Assembly: GCA_050012455.1 (NCBI GenBank)
Contig: JBEKHD010000017.1
Location: 13,046 to 77,045 of the forward strand
Source: Candidatus Acidiferrales bacterium
GTDB taxonomy: Bacteria > Acidobacteriota > Terriglobia > Acidiferrales > UBA7541
DNA length: 64,000 nt
Direction: 5' to 3'
Each line of letters begins with the position of its first letter. Positions within the stretch are counted from its first letter, which is position 1. The notes beneath the pieces are model-generated. The model had not been told where the DNA came from, did not search any database, and saw only the letters and a program-made list of their open reading frames with translations. Below, piece after piece: positions 9,958 to 17,735 of the stretch. The translations under genes and the position numbers were made by a program.

Positions 9958-10150
9958 AATTACATCGCGCTACTCCGGTGGTGCGCGCCATTTCGGAACT
10001 GGCGGCGCTTGCGCTGCTTCGTTGTGGTACTTCCTGCCAGCCGTTTACGATTGCACCTTCCGCTAAATTCAGTCCTGCCAGCGAGATCACTTTTCAACAG
10101 GCAATTTCGTGCGGTGCGCGAACCGGAACAGCGCGTGCCATACGCATTGC

Positions 10151-10669
10151 ATGAAAATTATTCGAAGTTGGCCGCGATGTTCGGTCGCGGTGCTTGGTCT
10201 GCTTATATTCTTCGTGGCGGCGCAACCTGCGGCGCGTGCGCAGATTGTTCCGGTAAGTTTGGTGCACGGCCCAGCGGAAGACTCCAAAGTTCCAAGTGGG
10301 GTGACATTAGCGTCGTTGCCGCCGCTGCTGCGTAGCGAACCGCGCAGGGCGGTGATACACGCGTTGCCGAAAACATTCTTCGTATTGAGCGCGGGAGTGT
10401 ACACGGCCGCTGGGCTCGACATGCAACGATCGGAATCTATGCTGCCGGATTTCGACGAGAGGGATCCTATCGTGCGTCCATTTCTGCGGCTGCCTGCGCC
10501 GGCGTACTACGCTTCCGCGACTTTATTCGCGACAGGAATCAACTTTTTAGGAGCGAAGATGGTGCGGTCGGAGCGCTGGCACAAAATCTGGTGGATTCCA
10601 CAGATAGGTTCGATGGCGGGGAACCTGGCGGGATATGGATACACGCGGGCGCATCCGGGGTCGCATTGA
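10151..10669 (+). CDS. Hypothetical secreted/membrane protein; paralog of 26943..27620
   Basis: Signal-like N-terminus (VAVLGLLIFFVAAQPAARAQ). The C-terminal half shares the motifs ERDPIVRPF, YYASAT and RSE..WWIPQ with the 26943 gene. Confidence 0.6.
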   Translation: MKIIRSWPRCSVAVLGLLIFFVAAQPAARAQIVPVSLVHGPAEDSKVPSGVTLASLPPLLRSEPRRAVIHALPKTFFVLSAGVYTAAGLDMQRSESMLPDFDERDPIVRPFLRLPAPAYYASATLFATGINFLGAKMVRSERWHKIWWIPQIGSMAGNLAGYGYTRAHPGSH

Positions 10670-10754
10670 TACGGCGCATTGTGCACCGGCGGGTGGCATG
10701 CACCGATGTGTAAATCGGAGCTCGTAGATTTCAGTTATTAGTTATGAAATTAAA

Positions 10755-10771
10755 AGGTTCAGACCGAACCT
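10755..10771. terminator. Putative bidirectional intrinsic terminator between convergent genes
   Basis: AGGTTC-agacc-GAACCT hairpin. It is followed by AGTTTTTGG on the + strand and by TTTTAATTTC on the - strand. Confidence 0.45.
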
Positions 10772-10784
10772 AGTTTTTGGAGCC

Positions 10785-11279
10785 TCAGCCGGGCTTGAAA
10801 TCTGGGATTACTTCGCCGGGTTTGAAGAACGATGTGGGCGGCGCACTGGAGGCTGCTGCCACTGCGGCGGCCATTCGTTCGAGGTCTTTTTTTGCGAAGC
10901 CGACAGAGCTTTCTTGGATTTTTCCATCCTGAGCGATCAGGAAAACGGTGGGGACGTTGGTGATGCCGTACTGGTTGGAGACGGGGTAGCCGTTTTCATC
11001 AATCAGGGTGGGGAATTCGACATCGAATTCCTGGAGGAATTCGCGGGTGTCCCGGGCGTCGTCTTGCGAAATGCCCCAGAGTGTGAATTTCTCGCCAGCG
11101 TAGGATTCGTGGAGACGCTCGAGAAACGGGGCGGTGAACTGGCACGTGGGGCAGCTCACTTTGAAAAATGCGGCCACCACGGGGCCTTTTTTCAGCGCGT
11201 CGGCAAGGCTCGATTTTTTGCCGTCTGTGCTTTGGAGAATGAATGCCGGAGCTTTGGCGCCGGCTGGTAATGCCGCCAT
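10785..11279 (-). CDS. Thioredoxin-fold redoxin (AhpC/TSA / TlpA-like thiol-disulfide oxidoreductase)
   Basis: CxxC motif in FFKVSCPTCQFTAPFLERL. The start at 11279 is preferred over 11324 because GGGAGGAAG lies immediately upstream. Confidence 0.8.
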   Translation of the reverse strand: MAALPAGAKAPAFILQSTDGKKSSLADALKKGPVVAAFFKVSCPTCQFTAPFLERLHESYAGEKFTLWGISQDDARDTREFLQEFDVEFPTLIDENGYPVSNQYGITNVPTVFLIAQDGKIQESSVGFAKKDLERMAAAVAAASSAPPTSFFKPGEVIPDFKPG

Positions 11280-11457
11280 CTTGCTTCCTCCCAAAAACTC
11301 GCGCATGCGCCGTTTCAGGCTCACGAGCTGATTCTACCCCTGGTTCATGTGATGCTTCGGTTCGCTCGCGGACTCAGGCACGAATGCGACAACCACAAGC
11401 CGGTTCCGCGGGCGACAAACCGGCTCCAACGACTGCCCGGTCCCACAAAACGGTACC

Positions 11458-11589
11458 GGCCGCTACAGAGCCAAAAGCGAGCTCAAACCTGTTCAGCTGA
11501 AGCTGGCCGCTACAAAATCAAAAGCAACGGCAAAGGCGCGCGCCTGAAAAGCAAAAGCAGGCGGCCACTACAAGGTCAAATTCGACGGC
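11458..11589. repeat. Three degenerate direct repeats (~27 nt core, ~50-nt period)
   Basis: Copies are GGCCGCTACAGAGCCAAAAGCGAGC (11458), GGCCGCTACAAAATCAAAAGCAACGGC (11505) and GGCGGCCACTACAAGGTCAAATTCGACGGC (11560), all in a non-coding gap. Confidence 0.5.
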
Positions 11590-11611
11590 CAAAATCTGGC
11601 AAGGTGCTGAC

Positions 11612-11640
11612 GTAGGGGCGGGTCTTAGACCCGCCCCTAC
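11612..11640. repeat. REP-like perfect palindrome (13-bp stem, 3-nt loop)
   Basis: GTAGGGGCGGGTC-tta-GACCCGCCCCTAC, 54 nt downstream of the vWA gene stop. No U-tract follows on either strand. Confidence 0.7.
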
Positions 11641-11693
11641 AGATTCCCGTCCCTCACGCAGTAGCGAAGGCTGTGCACGGTGGCGGAGCGGCG

Positions 11694-12968
11694 CTAGTGA
11701 ATGTTGCGGGTTTTTTTGCCGACATAATCCATCAGCAGGTATTGGCCGAGGGTGTAGGGGGTCGTGAAATATGCTTTGCCGCGGCAAAGCTCAGTCACTT
11801 TCTGGACGAAGTGGACCAGGCTGTAGTCGCTGGAGAGCATGAAGGTATTGATCAAAATTCCAGCGCGCTTGCACTTTGCGACTTCTTCGAGAGTTTGCGT
11901 GACGACCAGGGGGTCGAGGCCGAAGGCGTTTTTGTAGATGCGGCCGTCTTCCAGCGTTAGCGCGGACGGCTTGCCGTCGGTGATCATCACAATTTGGCGC
12001 ATATCTTTTTTCTGGCGCGACAAAATGCGTTGAGCCAGGCGGAGGCCTTCACGCGTATTCGTGTAGTAGGGACCCACCTGCACGCGAGCGAGTTTGCCGA
12101 GAGGAATTTCCTCGGCGCTATCGTGGAAGAGCACACAGTGCAGGGAATCGCCCGGATATTGCGTGCGAATCAAGTGCGAGAGCGCCAGAGCCACGCGTTT
12201 CGCGGGCGTGAAGCGATCTTCGCCGTAGAGAATCATGCTGTGGCTGCAATCGAGCATCAGCACCGTGGCGCAGGAACTGTGATATTCGCACTGGTGGACC
12301 ATCAGGTCGGGATAATCCAGCTCGATGGGAATTTGCGCGCCGTTGCGTTGCACGGCGTTGAAAAGGGTGCCGCTGATGTCCATGTTCAGCGTATCGCCGA
12401 ATTCGTACTGTTTCGAAGTGCCGCCGGATTCGACGCCGGTGGCGAGGTCGCGGGTATCGTGTCGGCCGAAGCTGCTCTTGCCGAGTGACGCGAGCAAATC
12501 TTTCAGGGTCTTGAATCCGAGCAAGTCGAGCGCTTTATCCGTGATTTCAAAGCGGGCTTCCACATTGGGTTGCGCTTGGCCCGCTTGGCCGCCGGGAGTT
12601 TGCGAAGGAGGCGGCGTGATCTGCGCGGGTTGATTGGGGCGCGAGATGAAGCCTTCTTCCTCCATGCGCTGGATAATTTGCTCGATTACTTCGCTGAGCT
12701 GGGGATTTTCAGAGAGATTGGGGTTGTTGAGCATCTGCTCCATCAGTTCGGGCGGGAGCAGTTCGCCTTCTTGGAGGGCGCGCAGGATGGCTTCACGCAA
12801 CTCGTCCATCATTTTTTCGCGCGAGCGTTCGGGATCCATTTCGTAGATGCCGAATTGCGATTCGTAGCCGCTCTGCAGGAAGAAATCGGAGAGGCGGCTC
12901 ATCAGCTCCTGAAGATCGATATCTTCAGCGGCGTCGGGCGCGTATTTTGAATATTTCGTGTATTTCAT
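11694..12968 (-). CDS. von Willebrand factor type A (vWA) domain protein
   Basis: C-terminal vWA domain with a MIDAS-like DxSxS ([10 protein letters not shown]) and ...[11 protein letters not shown]. The N-terminal ~200 aa is acidic/Pro-rich and not recognised. Confidence 0.85.
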   Translation of the reverse strand: MKYTKYSKYAPDAAEDIDLQELMSRLSDFFLQSGYESQFGIYEMDPERSREKMMDELREAILRALQEGELLPPELMEQMLNNPNLSENPQLSEVIEQIIQRMEEEGFISRPNQPAQITPPPSQTPGGQAGQAQPNVEARFEITDKALDLLGFKTLKDLLASLGKSSFGRHDTRDLATGVESGGTSKQYEFGDTLNMDISGTLFNAVQRNGAQIPIELDYPDLMVHQCEYHSSCATVLMLDCSHSMILYGEDRFTPAKRVALALSHLIRTQYPGDSLHCVLFHDSAEEIPLGKLARVQVGPYYTNTREGLRLAQRILSRQKKDMRQIVMITDGKPSALTLEDGRIYKNAFGLDPLVVTQTLEEVAKCKRAGILINTFMLSSDYSLVHFVQKVTELCRGKAYFTTPYTLGQYLLMDYVGKKTRNIH

Positions 12969-13048
12969 TTAGTGCGATGCCTCGGGACAATTCCGCAAAT
13001 GGCAGATCCCCCGCTGCGCTCGGGAGGACAGCTGCCGGACCGGTGCGC

Positions 13049-14536
13049 TCAGTTAAACTGGCGGCGCGGCGTTCGGCCGGACGGTTCGCGTGGATCGCGG
13101 GGCTCAGGGGTTTTGCGCGCGTCGGCGAAATAACCGCGTTCTTCGCTGCGATTGATGCGCTTGTGCGCCCACAGGCCCTCTAGGATGAATTCCGCCGCGC
13201 TGGTGACGATCGCGGCGTCGTCCTTCTGGCTGACTTCGAGCACGCTTAGGTTGTCGAACAGCCCTTGGATCTTTTTCAGCTGCGCCAGAACCTCGGAACT
13301 GGAAGCGTTCGCGGGAACTTTCAGTTCGCCGCCCAATTCGAACCACTGAATCACGGGCTGCATGTTGGCTCCGGTGAAATATTGCGTGTAGGTCTTGCCG
13401 ACAGCGGCGCGAATCAGCTCGCGGGCAATGTTTTCGGCGCCGCGCAGTTCACCTTCATATTCCAGCTCGAATTTTCCGGTCATGGATGGTATTGCAGCGT
13501 ACACATCGGCGACGCGCGCGACGACAGCCGAATCGCGGTTGCGCACGGCACGTTGCTCGGCGCTGCTGAGCACATTTTCCAGCGTGCTGATGGGCAGGCG
13601 CTGGCTGACGCCGGAACGGCGATCCACGCGCTTGTCCTCGCGGGCTTGAAACGCCACTTCTTCGACGATTTCGCGGATATACTGCGGCATTTCGACGCGC
13701 TTTTTCTGATCGCGCTTGGTCCAGGATTCCTGCGAGGTAATGGACATGCCTTCGGCAACCGTCGCGGGATAGTGAGTGCGAATTTCGGAGCCGATGCGGT
13801 CTTTCAGCGGCGTAATGATTTTCCCGCGCGCGGTGTAATCCTCCGGGTTGGCGGTGAAGACCAGCAGAACGTCCAGCGCCATGCGCACCGGGTAGCCCTT
13901 AATCTGGATGTCACCTTCCTGCATGATATTGAATAGGCCTACCTGAATTTTTCCAGAAAGGTCCGGAAGCTCGTTGATGCCGAAGATGCCGCGATTGGCG
14001 CGCGGCAGCAATCCGTAATGAATCGTCAGTTCATTGGAAAGATTGTGGCCGCTGCGCGCGGCTTTGATGGGGTCCACGTCACCGATCATGTCCGCGATAG
14101 TGACGTCGGGAGTAGCGAGTTTTTCTACGTAACGATGCTCGCGCGCGAGCCAGGCGATCGGAGTGGCGTCACCTTCGGCGGCAAGGCGCTCGCGGCACGC
14201 GCGGCAAATCGGGGTGTAGGGATTGTCGTGAATCTCGCAGCCCTCGACCACCGGAATTTGTGCGTCCATGAATCCGACCAGGCCGCGCAGGATGCGCGAC
14301 TTCGCCTGGCCGCGCAGGCCGAGCAGAATAAAATGATGGCGCGAGAGGATAGCGTTGACAATCTGCGGCAAAACCGTGTCGTCGTAGCCATGCACACCGG
14401 CGAAAAGCTCTTCGCCTCTTTCCAGTTTGCACAGCAGATTTTCGCGCAGTTCCTGGCGGACGCTTCGCTGAGCAACTCGTTCTTCGGACCACTGACTGCG
14501 GCGAAGCTCACCGAGGGATTTCGGCAGTGAATTCAT
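13049..14536 (-). CDS. ChlI/BchI-like (Mg-chelatase subunit I family) AAA+ ATPase with deviant Walker motifs
   Basis: Aligns by eye to BchI: GLLPRANRGIFGINELPDL (cf. GLLARANRGYLYIDECNLL), FTANPED (sensor 1), ITPLKDRIG (Arg finger). The P-loop reads GLRGQAKS and Walker B reads GINE. Confidence 0.85.
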   Translation of the reverse strand: MNSLPKSLGELRRSQWSEERVAQRSVRQELRENLLCKLERGEELFAGVHGYDDTVLPQIVNAILSRHHFILLGLRGQAKSRILRGLVGFMDAQIPVVEGCEIHDNPYTPICRACRERLAAEGDATPIAWLAREHRYVEKLATPDVTIADMIGDVDPIKAARSGHNLSNELTIHYGLLPRANRGIFGINELPDLSGKIQVGLFNIMQEGDIQIKGYPVRMALDVLLVFTANPEDYTARGKIITPLKDRIGSEIRTHYPATVAEGMSITSQESWTKRDQKKRVEMPQYIREIVEEVAFQAREDKRVDRRSGVSQRLPISTLENVLSSAEQRAVRNRDSAVVARVADVYAAIPSMTGKFELEYEGELRGAENIARELIRAAVGKTYTQYFTGANMQPVIQWFELGGELKVPANASSSEVLAQLKKIQGLFDNLSVLEVSQKDDAAIVTSAAEFILEGLWAHKRINRSEERGYFADARKTPEPRDPREPSGRTPRRQFN

Positions 14537-14639
14537 GAGGCCCCACTTATAAATAAAGTGCCGCGGCGCTCGTCAGCATGAGCGTCTCAACACCATTATA
14601 GAGGAAGCGGGGCTGCGGGGATACTTTCCTTTCGAAGAG

Positions 14640-15272
14640 CTAATTTAGGCCGTGGCCATTGCCTGCGGCGCTGCGGCGCGCTTGATGCAGATGGTCCAGG
14701 CGGGGCAGCATGTCGTTCAATCGCGCAATCAAAAAGCTGCGGCGGTCGGGCTCGGCGCGGATTTCCAGCAGGGCCTGTTTTTCCTCGAGTTCAAGCGGCA
14801 GGCGTGCGGCCATCTGAAAGGAAAGCGGCCAGGGCGATTCGATGCCGGAAGTTACCCACAGCTGGCCATAGATAAGCGTGTGGCACTCCTGAAATAGTCC
14901 GAGGAGTGCGCCCTCTTCCTGGTGACGCATGGATTCGTGCCGCGCTACCGGGTGGTCGGGCAGAAATTCGACCATCGCCTCGTGATAATCCTTTTCGTGG
15001 AGCAGGTTCAGGGCACGGAAAATTGTGCGGCCCTGGGTGAGGATGTCCATCCGGCCGTCGTCGTAATCCTTCAGTTTCCGCGTAATAGCGGCGGTACAGC
15101 CGACCGTGGCGACGCCTTTTTCGCCGGCGAGAATCACTCCGAATTCCAGATTGTGGCGGAGGCAATGCAGAATCATTAGCTTGTAGCGCGGCTCGAAAAT
15201 GTGCAGCGGGAGCGTGGCTCCGGGGTAAAGGACGACGTTGAGAGGGAATAGCGGTATGCGGGAGTCGGTCAT
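14640..15272 (-). CDS. Lon protease N-terminal (substrate-binding, LON/PUA-like) domain protein, stand-alone
   Basis: IPLFPLNVVLYPGATLPLHIFEPRYKLM is the hallmark start of the Lon N-domain. At 210 aa it has no AAA or protease domain. Confidence 0.85.
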   Translation of the reverse strand: MTDSRIPLFPLNVVLYPGATLPLHIFEPRYKLMILHCLRHNLEFGVILAGEKGVATVGCTAAITRKLKDYDDGRMDILTQGRTIFRALNLLHEKDYHEAMVEFLPDHPVARHESMRHQEEGALLGLFQECHTLIYGQLWVTSGIESPWPLSFQMAARLPLELEEKQALLEIRAEPDRRSFLIARLNDMLPRLDHLHQARRSAAGNGHGLN

Positions 15273-15323
15273 GATGTTCTAGTCCGTGTCTGGGCAGAAG
15301 TGAACTGTTAACCGGAACTGAAA

Positions 15324-15647
15324 CTAGCGCAGCAGCGCCAGGGCCGCTTGCATTTCATCGCGCGCGTGCATGTCGCCGGCATTTTGAGCGACCAGGATGC
15401 CGTCGGATAATAGTTTGCGCGCTTGTTCCAGCTGGCCGATGCGGGAAAGATGCTGGCCAAATTGGAAGTAGCCCGCGACGTATTTCGGATTCGCTTCCAG
15501 CAACTTCTGGAAGTGAGTTGTGGCGGCGTCATTGTCACCGAGTTTCATGCACTCCAGCGCTAGCCCGTAACGCGCGAACGCGTCGGTGGGTTTTTCGGCG
15601 ACAAACTGCTCGAGAATTTCGCGGCGCGGCTTCTGTGTTTGGGTCAT
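15324..15647 (-). CDS. Small TPR-like protein
   Basis: 107 aa from the internal ATG at 15647. The longer ORF to 15776 would overlap the thioesterase start. TPR-like helices are present: ARYGLALECMKLGDNDAATTHFQKLLEANPKYVAGYFQFGQ. Confidence 0.65.
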   Translation of the reverse strand: MTQTQKPRREILEQFVAEKPTDAFARYGLALECMKLGDNDAATTHFQKLLEANPKYVAGYFQFGQHLSRIGQLEQARKLLSDGILVAQNAGDMHARDEMQAALALLR

Positions 15648-15752
15648 AGGTTGAAAACGCGTATTATAGCGGGCTTGAGCGTGCGCGCCAAGCGTGCACA
15701 TTTTGCCGTGAAGGGTCACTGAACGAAGAAACGGACGGGTCGAACGAAAAGA

Positions 15753-16313
15753 ATGCCCAACAACTCTAAGGGCCACAAGAAAGAGCTCCGCAAGGCGCCG
15801 GTAGGTGCTGTTTCAGGCGCTCCTTCGATGCCGGGCAAGCCGGTCAGCGCATCGGTGTCAGAGATCGTGGAAATCGTGTTGCCGAACGATGCCAATTTGC
15901 TCGGCAACATGCTCGGCGGGCGCGTGATGCATTTGATTGACATCGCCGGAGCGCTCGCGGCGAATCGCCATTCGAACAGTCATGTGGTGACAGCCTCCGT
16001 GGATTATCTGGATTTTCGGTTTCCCATTCACGTGGGCGAATGGATCGTGCTGAAGTCCAGCGTCAACCGCGTGTTCCACACTTCGATGGAAGTGGGCGTG
16101 AAAGTGTTCGCGGAAAATATTCTTACGGGCGAGAGGCGGCACACGAGTACCGCGTATGTGACGTTTGTGGCGCTGGATACGAACCAGCAGCCGCACACCG
16201 TGCCGCCGCTGATTTTGAAAACTGAGGACGAGCGGAGGCGTTACCGCGAAGCCGGGGAGCGGCGCCGGATGCGTTTGGCGATGCGGCACAAGACGCCGCT
16301 GTTGGGTGAGTAG
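15753..16313 (+). CDS. Acyl-CoA thioesterase (hotdog fold, YciA/BFIT-like)
   Basis: IVLPNDANLLGNMLGGRVMHLIDIAGALAA and VTASVDYLDFRFPIHVGE are typical acyl-CoA hydrolase hotdog motifs. Confidence 0.85.
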   Translation: MPNNSKGHKKELRKAPVGAVSGAPSMPGKPVSASVSEIVEIVLPNDANLLGNMLGGRVMHLIDIAGALAANRHSNSHVVTASVDYLDFRFPIHVGEWIVLKSSVNRVFHTSMEVGVKVFAENILTGERRHTSTAYVTFVALDTNQQPHTVPPLILKTEDERRRYREAGERRRMRLAMRHKTPLLGE

Positions 16314-16334
16314 CGTTTCAAGATATTGCGCGGA

Positions 16335-17723
16335 TTATCGCGCGCTTTGCAGATACTTGCCGACCGCTTCCGCGGTTTGAAAGCCGGTCTCGACGCATTT
16401 TCCGATGGCCGGACCTTCCAAGTAATTTCCCGCGAAAAAGAGTCCGGGCGAAGCGCGCTCCGCATCGCGAATCGATTCAACGATGTGGCCGTGGCCCAGA
16501 TTGTATTGCGGCAGGGCGCGCGGATACTTCCAGACGGCGACTTCGACGGGCGGCCCCGTGATTCCCAGGATGCGCGCATTTTCTTCGGTGACGATTGCCG
16601 CGATATTTTCTTCGTGCAGCCGAATGACGTCCGGATCGGTGGCGCCGCCGATGAAGCTGGTGATCGTCACGCTGCCTTCGTGCGCTCGTCCGGGGAAGAG
16701 CGAAGAATTCCACACGGTGCCCAGCGTACGCACTTTTTCGCCGCGCGGGACCAGGAAGCCGAAACCTTCGAGCGGATCTCCCACTTGCTGGCGGTAATAG
16801 GTGGAAGCTACGACCGCTACCGGCGCGTAGGCGATCCCCGAGAGCGTTTGCGCCAGAGGCGGGGAGAACGATTCGAGCACGTGCGCTGCCGCGTAGGCAG
16901 GAGTCGCCATCACTACCGCGCCAGCGTGAGCAGAGAGTTCTTGCCCATTACGCACGACGCGAATTTCGCGCGCTGCACCGCCGGCGGAAGGCTGGGCGGA
17001 GAAAGTCGCTGACACCGCGCGCGTTTCGTACTGCAACGAGTCACCGAGTTTTGCGGCCAGCGCGCGCGGCAGCGTGGCCACTCCATGCGCAAAGGAACAC
17101 AGCGGCGGGGCGCTCGTGCGCTGCTCTTTAGGAGCTCGCGACTTTATGGCGCCGCGCAGCACGCTGCCGTACTCGCGTTCCCATTCGTCGAGAGTAGGGA
17201 AGGCGGCCTTGAGGCTTAATTTTTCCGGGTCTCCGGCGTATACGCCGGAAACGAAAGGCGCGACGAGATATTCGAGAATCTCGTGGCCGAATTTACGTCT
17301 GACGAATGCCGCGACGGATTCTTCCTCAGTTGGTGGTTGAGATTTCTTGAACGGCTCGGAAGCAATTTTCCAGCGCGAGAGGGGATTGAGCAACGTCGAG
17401 GTCAACAGCGCCTGCGGCGACATGGGGACTTTGCGCAGGCGGCCATGCAGCAGGACGTAACGCGGCGCGCGCGGATCGGCCTTCTGCAGTTGAGATTCGA
17501 GACCCAGCTCGCGAATCAGGTCGAGCAGTGCGGGCGTACCTTGAAAGCTTTGCGGCCCGGCTTCAAAAAGGAGGCCGTCCTTTTCTACGGAATCGATCAG
17601 GCCGCCGGCCGCGGAATTCGATTCATAAACCGTGACGTCGACGCCCTGCTGTTGCAGGCGATGCGCGCAGGCCAAGCCGGAAATTCCAGCGCCGATGACG
17701 GCTACTTTTGCGGAATTGTTCAT
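16335..17723 (-). CDS. hemY: HemY-type FAD-dependent protoporphyrinogen/coproporphyrinogen oxidase
   Basis: N-terminal dinucleotide fold VAVIGAGISGLACAHRL. 462 aa, with a C-terminal GNYLEGPAIGKCVETG-type motif. Lies directly downstream of hemN and hemE. Confidence 0.85.
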   Translation of the reverse strand: MNNSAKVAVIGAGISGLACAHRLQQQGVDVTVYESNSAAGGLIDSVEKDGLLFEAGPQSFQGTPALLDLIRELGLESQLQKADPRAPRYVLLHGRLRKVPMSPQALLTSTLLNPLSRWKIASEPFKKSQPPTEEESVAAFVRRKFGHEILEYLVAPFVSGVYAGDPEKLSLKAAFPTLDEWEREYGSVLRGAIKSRAPKEQRTSAPPLCSFAHGVATLPRALAAKLGDSLQYETRAVSATFSAQPSAGGAAREIRVVRNGQELSAHAGAVVMATPAYAAAHVLESFSPPLAQTLSGIAYAPVAVVASTYYRQQVGDPLEGFGFLVPRGEKVRTLGTVWNSSLFPGRAHEGSVTITSFIGGATDPDVIRLHEENIAAIVTEENARILGITGPPVEVAVWKYPRALPQYNLGHGHIVESIRDAERASPGLFFAGNYLEGPAIGKCVETGFQTAEAVGKYLQSAR

Positions 17724-17735
17724 GAGCGCGGCATT

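Noticed and set aside
11458-11589. A CRISPR array, considered because of the spaced direct repeats.
   Set aside because: There are only three copies. The repeats are degenerate (about 70-80% identical), 25-30 nt long and irregularly spaced. No cas genes or leader are present in the window.
14595-14600. Isolated perfect -10 hexamers: TATAAT on the minus strand at 14595-14600 upstream of the AAA+ gene, and TATAAT on the plus strand at 20324-20329 upstream of the hemX-like gene.
   Set aside because: Neither has a recognisable -35 element at 16-18-nt spacing (TATCCC and CCGCGC respectively). They are mentioned only as hypotheses in the relevant findings and are not listed as features.
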